Shown here: piece by piece, positions 56,855-64,000 of the stretch | Layout of the letters: each line of letters starts with the position of its first letter | Numbering within the stretch: the stretch's first letter is position 1 | Source of the DNA: a virus | Length of the DNA stretch: 64,000 nucleotides | Virus record (IMG/VR): IMGVR_UViG_3300045988_182965 | Direction: 5' to 3' (one strand) | Translations under genes and position numbers: made by a program | Notes under the pieces: generated by a model | Told to the model about the DNA's origin: nothing | Seen by the model: only the letters and a program-made list of their open reading frames with translations | The model's database searches: none

Positions 56855-56900
56855 GACCTTTACCGAAATTCGGTAAGGGTCTTTCTTTTTTGTGGGGGAC
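56855..56900 (+). terminator. Rho-independent terminator
   Basis: aagacctttaccgaaattcggtaagggtctt followed by TCTTTTTTG. Confidence 0.65.
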
Positions 56901-57003
56901 GCAAATATGTACAATTTGCAAACAAATAGCACCCACTGTTGCTGGAAAAGCGCGATAGTGGGATAATATTAGTAAAGAAACAACAACATCATCAGTAAAG
57001 TAA

Positions 57004-58023
57004 GTGAAAAAGCCTATGACAAACGCAGAACTAAAAGCAATCGTCCAGCGCGAGGAATACGATTTCCTGCGCACCAACAAACACTTGGGGAGCAACATTT
57101 TATTCCTAACGCTTAGCGGCAGTCATGCCTACGGAACCAACGTTGAAGGCTCTGACATCGATATCCGTGGCGTGGCAGGCTCGCCTGAAATTTTGGGATT
57201 CAATCATTTTGAGCAGGCAATCGATAACCAAACGGATACCGTCATCTATGCGGTCAACAAATTCGTCAGCTTGCTTGCGCAGGGTAATCCCAACATTATC
57301 GAACTTCTTGGCAATGACCCGGAGTTGTATGTGAACATGACGCCGGAAGGCCAAATGCTGCTTGACAATCGGACACTGTTCTTGACGCGGCGTATTGCCT
57401 ACAGCTACGGCGGCTTTGCAAACGACCAGCTCAGACGCCTGCAGATGGGCCTTCTTCGAAACGGAACCTCGCCGGAACCGCTCAAAAACAGATTCGAGAA
57501 GAGGAGCCTGGAACGGTCAATTGTCGGATGGGGCAAGGATGATATTTTCGAAATCTCCATCAGTGAGGATACAGATGAAGAAGGCAAACATCCGCTCCTG
57601 ATTTCTGGCAGCTTGAACGATTATCCAGTCACCTCTCTAAAGTCGCTGCTAAAGAGTCTGACTACGACCATCGACCAGTATGAGCAGCCGCAGCATCCGA
57701 AAGCACAAAAAGATGCTGCCCACATCAACAAACACGCGATGCACATTGTGCGGTTGTACTACACGGCGTTCGATATTCTGGAAAAAGGCGAGATTATCAC
57801 TCACCGAGACAAGGAACGCGAGGAACTGTTGGCGATTCGCAACGGCAAGTACCTGCGTGAAGACGGGTCGTACGCACCCGAATTCTTTGAGTTTGTTGAT
57901 GCGCTTGAAAAGAGATTTCAGGATGATGTATGGAAGACTGCACTTCCTGCGAAACCCGACTTTGGGAAGATTGAGGAACTTCTGGTGGAAATCAACAAGT
58001 CATATTTGCGGCGTATCGTGTGA
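57004..58023 (+). CDS. Pol-beta superfamily nucleotidyltransferase
   Basis: LSGSHAYGTNVEGSDIDIRGV fits GS-x(9-13)-DxD. Confidence 0.5.
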   Translation: MKKPMTNAELKAIVQREEYDFLRTNKHLGSNILFLTLSGSHAYGTNVEGSDIDIRGVAGSPEILGFNHFEQAIDNQTDTVIYAVNKFVSLLAQGNPNIIELLGNDPELYVNMTPEGQMLLDNRTLFLTRRIAYSYGGFANDQLRRLQMGLLRNGTSPEPLKNRFEKRSLERSIVGWGKDDIFEISISEDTDEEGKHPLLISGSLNDYPVTSLKSLLKSLTTTIDQYEQPQHPKAQKDAAHINKHAMHIVRLYYTAFDILEKGEIITHRDKEREELLAIRNGKYLREDGSYAPEFFEFVDALEKRFQDDVWKTALPAKPDFGKIEELLVEINKSYLRRIV

Positions 58024-58148
58024 AGCGGAACACCAACGACAACAACCATCAAGGCTGTACAAGATTATGCGCTCATTCGCAAGTTGCGGGTGGGCGTTCT
58101 TTTTTTGCCCAAAAAACAAAAATAGACATAGTAAAAAGCCTTGCACAT

Positions 58149-58168
58149 CTGTGCGAATCAGATATAAT
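58149..58168 (+). promoter_or_regulatory. Element promoter motif CTGTGCGAATCAGATATAAT
   Basis: Consensus match. Confidence 0.5.
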
Positions 58169-58253
58169 AACCCTAATAAGATAAGAATTGTGCCCTGGCG
58201 GCTTCTGAATTGGATGCTGCCGGGGCATTTTGTTTGTTAAGGAGTATTTGGCT

Positions 58254-60974
58254 ATGACACTGAACGACTTGTCAAGCGAACAGCAGGAATTCGTACATTT
58301 GGCACTGTCGGGCAAAAACGTATTGTGTGACGCCTGCATCGGCAGCGGAAAAACATCGACTATCAACGTACTCTGCGATGCATATCCACCAGAACGGCGT
58401 ATTTTGTACTTGACCTACAACCGATTACTCAAACTTGATGCCAAAGACAAAATCAAAAATCACAATGTCCTGGTTCAGAACTATCATGGATTTGCAAGCC
58501 TGCTGCTGAACAAAAAGGGAATCCGGAATTGCGGACAGGGCGAACAGCTTGCCATGGTATTGGAAAAGAAAATTCCGATTCCGCCGATTGATACTCTTAT
58601 CATTGACGAGTATCAGGATATCAATGACGAGATTGCAGAACTGCTCAAATATATCCGTTCTCAGAATCCGGGCCTTCAAATCGTCGCAGTGGGCGATATG
58701 AAGCAGAAAATCTACGATGATACAGCGCTGGATGTCTGGGAGTTCATGCAGGATTTTCTCGGCCGCCATGAACAGGTAGTTTTCACGAAATGCTTCCGTA
58801 TTTCTCATGACTTGGCAGAACGACTCGGCAATATCTGGGGCAAGACCATCAACGGCGTAAATGGTTCCTGCATCGTGGAACAGATGTCGGTCGATGAGGT
58901 GACGGAGTTTCTGAATAAACAAAACCCGAAAGATGTTTTGTGCCTGGGCGCTCGAATCGGAGCTATGACAAAGGTGCTCAATGACCTGGAAAATCGCCCC
59001 GGAAACCTCTATGACAAGCATCACGTCTATGCAAGTATCGCGGACAATGACGGGGATAAGGCGGTAGCACCTTCCTCAGATGTTGGTATCTTCACAACAT
59101 TTGACGGCAGCAAAGGTATGGAGCGACCTATCTGTGTCGTGTTCGATTTCACTGAAGAATACTGGTCGTCCCGCACAAGCAAGCCGATGTCACGATATGA
59201 GATTCTTCGGAATCTGTTTTGTGTCGCAGCAAGTCGAGGAAAGCAGCGGATTATCTTCGTGAACTATGACCATCCGTTGAGCGATAAATCCCTGATGACT
59301 CCGACTGGAATGAATTGCGTGTTCCGGCATCCGTTTTCGTTCTCCGAGATGTTCGACCACAAATTCATCGAAGATGTGGATGCTTGCTATAAGCTGCTGG
59401 AAGTCACACCGATTGAGCACAACGACAATACGACCATCGATGTGCAGGCAGCGGATGCCATGATTGACTTGTCTCCCTGCATCAGCATCTATATGCAGGC
59501 AGGGTTCTTCAACTCCTACGACATTGATGACGCACTCGCTTATTACATGGACCTACACAAGGACATGCAGTATTTGAAAATCAAGAAGGGTGCAACTGTT
59601 GAGGATAAAGTATTGCTTCTAACGGCACTTGAAACGAATCAGTGCCGGTATGTAAAACAGGTCAAGCCTCCTTTTGTGAACGCAAAAGCCAAAATGTCGC
59701 TCAGTATGCGGCTTGGCACCGTGTTCACTCCCGATGAGTATGTTCAGGCACGCGGAGATATCGACATCCATACTAATGACCATAAAGTGATTTATACTTC
59801 GGGCCTTGCGGATGTCGTAAAGAACAACACCGTCTACTGCATCAAGTTCATCAGCAATCTGGCACACAAGCATTTTCTGCAGTGTGCGTGTTCTATGATT
59901 GCGCTGGGTCTTCCATATGGCGTTGTCTGGAACGTGAAAAGTAACCTGATGTACAGCGTAAAAATCAAGGATAAGGACGCTCTGATTGACGCAATCCTCA
60001 AGTGCATCACGAAACGAGCTTACAACGGCGCGGATTATTACACCTGCCGAAAAGGCTTTGTACAGGATACGGCGTCGATTATCGACCGATGGACTGACGA
60101 CGGATATGCGGAAGAGCCCACCGCTATCACTTCCGGCGACGGTATTGCCATCATCAAGCAAGGAAGCCGCTATTTTGTGATGGACGGAGCACGTCGAAAC
60201 ACCCTGAACGATAATTTCGGGATGGGCTTTGCCGATGTAAAAGATGCTTGCCTTGCTTATGCAAAGAGTTGCGAACTTCAAAAAACCGTGGACCATGATT
60301 CTCCTTATTCCGAAGTCGAGTTCTGGCTCGACCAGAACAAGGCGTTTGAGGAATACATGACGCAGGTAAGCCATGAAATCGAGCAGCACAAAGAAGGACC
60401 GTATGCAAAATACAAGTCTTTCGGCACGCCCGTTGTCCGAAAAATGTTGGACGAAAAGGGACTCACCATCACGTTCCCGGAAAAGGTCCTTATCAAAGTC
60501 TGGAAAATGCGCCGTGCCGAAGATGCCATGTATCAGAAAATCGAAGAAGCAAAGAAGCAGAACAATTCCAATGTGCCGCTCGATGAGGCATTCTTTGACT
60601 CTGAACTGGTGGATTCCGTCGAGGGAAATACCGAAAATGCCAAGGCAAAAGCCAACCCCCGAAAGGAATCCACATTGCCGTTTTCCAAGTACGGTGCAGA
60701 CGAAAAGAAAAGCTACCGTGTCGTAAAAAGCGATGAACTCTCAAAGCCCGACCAGCCGCGCTATGTTGTGGTCGAGGCCGCAACTGATAAGGTCCTGGAC
60801 AATGCTAACGGATATGGCTACCTTTCCTATCAGGCTGCCTGGAAAGGCTATTCGTACAAGAGCAAGCATCATCTGGACGGCACGAAGAAACCGATAAGTA
60901 AGAGTGCAAAAGAGCAGGCAAAGAAAAAGGCGGCTTTCTTTTCAACTGACTCAGAGCAGCTCAGCTTTGGCTGA
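58254..60974 (+). CDS. UvrD/Rep-like SF1 DNA helicase with a long C-terminal extension
   Basis: Walker A ACIGSGKTS and motif II IIDEYQDIN. AAGGAG RBS. Confidence 0.65.
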   Translation: MTLNDLSSEQQEFVHLALSGKNVLCDACIGSGKTSTINVLCDAYPPERRILYLTYNRLLKLDAKDKIKNHNVLVQNYHGFASLLLNKKGIRNCGQGEQLAMVLEKKIPIPPIDTLIIDEYQDINDEIAELLKYIRSQNPGLQIVAVGDMKQKIYDDTALDVWEFMQDFLGRHEQVVFTKCFRISHDLAERLGNIWGKTINGVNGSCIVEQMSVDEVTEFLNKQNPKDVLCLGARIGAMTKVLNDLENRPGNLYDKHHVYASIADNDGDKAVAPSSDVGIFTTFDGSKGMERPICVVFDFTEEYWSSRTSKPMSRYEILRNLFCVAASRGKQRIIFVNYDHPLSDKSLMTPTGMNCVFRHPFSFSEMFDHKFIEDVDACYKLLEVTPIEHNDNTTIDVQAADAMIDLSPCISIYMQAGFFNSYDIDDALAYYMDLHKDMQYLKIKKGATVEDKVLLLTALETNQCRYVKQVKPPFVNAKAKMSLSMRLGTVFTPDEYVQARGDIDIHTNDHKVIYTSGLADVVKNNTVYCIKFISNLAHKHFLQCACSMIALGLPYGVVWNVKSNLMYSVKIKDKDALIDAILKCITKRAYNGADYYTCRKGFVQDTASIIDRWTDDGYAEEPTAITSGDGIAIIKQGSRYFVMDGARRNTLNDNFGMGFADVKDACLAYAKSCELQKTVDHDSPYSEVEFWLDQNKAFEEYMTQVSHEIEQHKEGPYAKYKSFGTPVVRKMLDEKGLTITFPEKVLIKVWKMRRAEDAMYQKIEEAKKQNNSNVPLDEAFFDSELVDSVEGNTENAKAKANPRKESTLPFSKYGADEKKSYRVVKSDELSKPDQPRYVVVEAATDKVLDNANGYGYLSYQAAWKGYSYKSKHHLDGTKKPISKSAKEQAKKKAAFFSTDSEQLSFG

Positions 60975-61021
60975 TTCAGAAAATCAACAACAGATTTCAC
61001 GATTAAAAGGAGGAGGAAATC

Positions 61022-61795
61022 ATGGCAGCCAAAAAGGATAAGATGATTCCGTCTGAGAAAGAACGGAAAAGAGCACTGAAATATGCGACCCCGGCAGGTA
61101 CGGGTCGGATGTGGGTAACAATGGGAATCGCCTTTATAATTTTCGGCATTATCTTGCTGCTGATTCCAATTGGCCTTGTTATTTCGGAGGCATCAGCGCA
61201 GAGATACGACCCCGAAAGCATCCATACAGCAACACTTGTATTCTATCTGCTTGGCGCATTTTTTGGTTTCTGCGGATGTTTCTGCGTTATCTTTGGTAAT
61301 CTTGCCGTCAAAGCATTTGCGAAAATACTGTGCAAGGGTGAAATTAACTATCCGGTAGCGGAATACAAAACACCTAAGAAACTGCTGCTTCAAGAGGCAG
61401 CAGCTATCAACCAGAGTCCTAATGCTCCATTGACAGCTTCCACATTCGGGAACTGGATTGATTTTGAAGCCGATTGGCAAAACTGCCTTTCCATTCATAA
61501 TGGCATCTTGCAGAGTCATCAGATTTTCAAAAAACTGATTCTTGTACAAGACAATTTTACTTACAAAGAGCTGGACTACGAGAATAACTCGGAACTCGGC
61601 GTCGGAGTCAAAACATTCGCCGCAGGAAGCACAACGACCATCGGCAAAATGAAAGGCCACAAGCTCATTTATAATATCGGCATGAATCTTTCCAATGGCA
61701 AACTGGGAGTTAACAGCTATTCCATCGATACATTGGACGTCACCAATGAAGTACATAAATGGTTAGCTGACCACGGATACACCCGCACAGACTAA
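61022..61795 (+). CDS. Membrane protein (two TM helices) with a C-terminal domain
   Basis: 257-aa ORF with an AGGAGGA RBS. Confidence 0.45.
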   Translation: MAAKKDKMIPSEKERKRALKYATPAGTGRMWVTMGIAFIIFGIILLLIPIGLVISEASAQRYDPESIHTATLVFYLLGAFFGFCGCFCVIFGNLAVKAFAKILCKGEINYPVAEYKTPKKLLLQEAAAINQSPNAPLTASTFGNWIDFEADWQNCLSIHNGILQSHQIFKKLILVQDNFTYKELDYENNSELGVGVKTFAAGSTTTIGKMKGHKLIYNIGMNLSNGKLGVNSYSIDTLDVTNEVHKWLADHGYTRTD

Positions 61796-61804
61796 GAAAT
61801 AGCT

Positions 61805-61921
61805 TTGTTCGTTGTCGATACTTCCGGTTCAATGCGCGGAGAACCTATCAATGCACTGAAAACGGCCATGATTAACACCATCCAGTATATCAATGACGAC
61901 AACTATATCGGCATCCTCGAT
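61805..61921 (+). pseudogene. Remnant of a vWA-domain gene (MIDAS region only)
   Basis: About 110 bp at roughly 85% identity to 35030-35148. Encodes VVDTSGSMRGEPINALKTAMINTIQYINDDNYIGI, then diverges. Confidence 0.6.
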
Positions 61922-62162
61922 GAGTTGCTGGCGATTCTGGCTGATTCAGACGACAGAGCTAGGACTCATAACCTCAGCGGCAGGGATACCTTATCGCCGC
62001 TGGTGAGAGGAGGTGCTATGCACGGGCTCAGAACGTTGCGCATTGTTTCGATGCAGCCACGCCAACTCGACCAACACGAATATAATCACAAATCAGGGAA
62101 TTTTTCTGAATATCAATAACAAATATCAAACACACGCCTACTTGGGCAGAAAGGAATCACAA

Positions 62163-63029
62163 ATGGGACGCTATAATTTCAATCAGAGAACGCGGGATGG
62201 CTACGAAATCTCGCCCGAACAGGCAGCAAAATGGCTTGAGAGGAACGATAACAATCGGAACGTGAACGTCGCCAAAGTCAAAAAGATGGCGAAGGACATG
62301 AGAGAAGGACATTGGGATACTACGCATCAGGGTATTGCCATCGCCTCCGATGGCACGCTGGTTGACGGACAGCATCGGCTGCTCGCTATCGTCGAGTCCG
62401 GTGTGACCGTGCGTATGAACGTGACCTTTAATGCCGCCAAGTCTCAGCACATCGATTCCGGAAACATCCGCTCCATGGCGAACCGTGTGCAGATGTCCGA
62501 GTACGATATGAGCTGGACGAACAATACGATTCTCTCCGCAGCAAACCTCATCGGCCGCGTGTTCGCAGGCTCGAACCTCAGTCACGAGGAAGCTTTGAGC
62601 GAATGGCTGATGAAATACCGCACGCAAATCGAATCCGCCACCAAGTGCATCAAGAAGGCTACGCTGCCGGGACTCAATTCCGCAGGTACAACAGCGGCCA
62701 TCATTGTGGCTGCCATGAACGATGTTCCCGCTATTTATATCGAGAAGTTCATGGACGTGTTCTATTCGGGGTTCACCAACAATGAAGCCGAACATTATGC
62801 TATCACGCTGCGGGACGAACTGCTGCGCGAAAACCGTGTCAAGCGCGGCACACAGTATGCAAGGTTTGCCTTTTTCCGTACTGCAAACCGACTGAACCAG
62901 TATTATAAGACTGCCACCGGGCAGCGCGTTGCTAAGCGCGTCAATAACGGTGACTTCCCATACAATGTCTACGATGCCAACGGCGGTATCGTAAAGCCCG
63001 AAACCAAGAAGACGAAGAAGGCGGTATAA
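62163..63029 (+). CDS. ParB-like nuclease-domain protein
   Basis: DGQHRLLA motif typical of the ParB/Srx fold. Confidence 0.5.
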   Translation: MGRYNFNQRTRDGYEISPEQAAKWLERNDNNRNVNVAKVKKMAKDMREGHWDTTHQGIAIASDGTLVDGQHRLLAIVESGVTVRMNVTFNAAKSQHIDSGNIRSMANRVQMSEYDMSWTNNTILSAANLIGRVFAGSNLSHEEALSEWLMKYRTQIESATKCIKKATLPGLNSAGTTAAIIVAAMNDVPAIYIEKFMDVFYSGFTNNEAEHYAITLRDELLRENRVKRGTQYARFAFFRTANRLNQYYKTATGQRVAKRVNNGDFPYNVYDANGGIVKPETKKTKKAV

Positions 63030-63143
63030 ACCTAAATTAAATCGGCTTGACTTTTTGCGGCTGTACGAATGTTGCAAAACTAAGATATAGCCCCAAAATT
63101 CCGATAAATCGCATAAAAAATTGTTGCAAGGAGACAAAAACTA

Positions 63144-63418
63144 TGAATAAGTTTGAAGCAAGGAGCACGCTGGGGAGCGAGGCTGTCCCGGTTTTCGACG
63201 ATGACGGTGAGCTCACGGAATGGCTGCACCGGGATAACTACACTGTTGAAGAGCTGGAACTGATGAACTTCGTCGGCAAAGAAAAGCCTGTCATCAATAA
63301 GGATGGCGTGAAAATCGTTCGGGATGGCACGGTCATTCGGAGAACCAACACTGAAACAAGAAAAACTGAATTTCTATTCATCCCGCGCATTATCACCAGC
63401 GAACAGAAAACGGTGTGA
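63144..63418 (+). CDS. hypothetical small protein
   Basis: ORF starting MNKFEARS. Confidence 0.35.
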
Positions 63419-63708
63419 GGTGCAACGTGGTCAAAATTTATGGGTCCAGTGACGACCTTGTCTGCCTGGATAATTCCAACTATGGGGTCGATGAAATTGG
63501 TTGCTTCGATGTCAAGGGAGTTCGGTTATTCCTGGACGACGATACCATTATTGTCGTGCGCTATATCGATGGCATTTGGCGCATTGAAATTGAACGCAAG
63601 GGCACGGCACCATATCAGCATGAGGTCTGTGCGGGCAATGATGAGGCCGATTACAGCGATATCTTTTGTACGGAATCCGACGTTATTGCGCACGAAATCA
63701 TTCGATGA
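63415..63708 (+). CDS. hypothetical small acidic protein
   Basis: 97-aa ORF, coupled to the upstream ORF. Confidence 0.35.
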   Translation: MRCNVVKIYGSSDDLVCLDNSNYGVDEIGCFDVKGVRLFLDDDTIIVVRYIDGIWRIEIERKGTAPYQHEVCAGNDEADYSDIFCTESDVIAHEIIR

Positions 63709-63722
63709 GGATTGGAGCAGCC

Positions 63723-64000
63723 ATGGCAAAAACTTTTCTGACTCAAAAAATAGAATCAGCGCTAAAGGTTTGGCATCCTGCCAACTATGGTGGATACCGG
63801 GTTGATTCGTTCCGTCAAGGCTTCGACGCTCTGGAAGTACCTGTCGAGTGCGGTTCGATAAAATCCGGCCTTGTTGACTTCGTTCGGGTTCAAGAGTGCT
63901 TCACATCAGAAACAAAATGTGGGACCTGCAAACTCTCAATGTACAGGGATGAGGACAGAGACTTAGTTATGCCGTCCATCCGGCAGTGGACGCAGGAAGT
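63723..64000 (+). CDS. Hypothetical protein, partial (runs off the window end)
   Basis: Open frame from the ATG at 63723 to the end of the window. Confidence 0.3.
   Translation, partial: MAKTFLTQKIESALKVWHPANYGGYRVDSFRQGFDALEVPVECGSIKSGLVDFVRVQECFTSETKCGTCKLSMYRDEDRDLVMPSIRQWTQE

Noticed and set aside
62157-63137. 326-aa minus-strand ORF
   Set aside because: Shadow of the plus-strand ParB-like gene, which contains the DGQHRL motif.
1-64000. Search for CRISPR arrays, tRNA or rRNA genes
   Set aside because: No regularly spaced identical 25-40-bp repeats with unique spacers. No cloverleaf-like or rRNA-like conserved stretches. The repeats present are iteron-like and irregular.

Overview
This window is a block of accessory mobile DNA with about 50% GC and almost no housekeeping genes. 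The content fits a conjugative element, plasmid or phage-plasmid from a Firmicutes-like host. It opens with the C-terminal part of a VirB4/TraE-like conjugation ATPase. Most genes then run on the + strand, grouped into many small operons.

At least 17 of these operons begin with the same roughly 20-bp motif, GTGCGAAT-N4-6-TACAAT, which reads as an element-specific promoter or operator signature.

Cargo I can support from sequence:
- A Y-family (UmuC/DinB-like) DNA polymerase, two calcineurin-like metallophosphoesterases, and a SLOG/DUF1273-like protein.
- A C_GCAxxG_C_C protein, a YD-repeat lipoprotein, a thioredoxin-like secreted protein, and a NYN-domain protein.
- A split or permuted N6-adenine methyltransferase next to a 1098-aa T5orf172-SF2 helicase whose C-terminus carries only MTase motifs X and I.
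- Four tandem lipoproteins, three of them paralogous with internal duplications and shared TGgTGTATAAT promoters.
- A convergent HD-domain protein plus a 509-aa partner, which I flag as a candidate defence pair.
- A flotillin, membrane protein and vWA module, with a remnant of a second vWA copy at 61.8 kb.
- A four-member family of 65-80 aa proteins.
- A PLD(HKD)-like plus P-loop protein, SF2 and UvrD-like helicases, and a Pol-beta-type nucleotidyltransferase.
- NADAR and macro domain proteins (ADP-ribose processing) and a ParB-like nuclease-domain protein.
- A compact island of a Dam-like MTase, a TIR-like (PF10137-type) protein and a DUF262-HNH endonuclease, followed by an AT-rich insert carrying a membrane protein and a DUF4238-like protein.

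Several iteron-like direct-repeat arrays (ACTTGC and CTTGATTTGTG cores) and a repeat-rich 650-bp spacer are not explained by the genes. I see no rRNA, tRNA or CRISPR array. All domain calls rest on motif recognition by eye and need HMM or structure searches to confirm.
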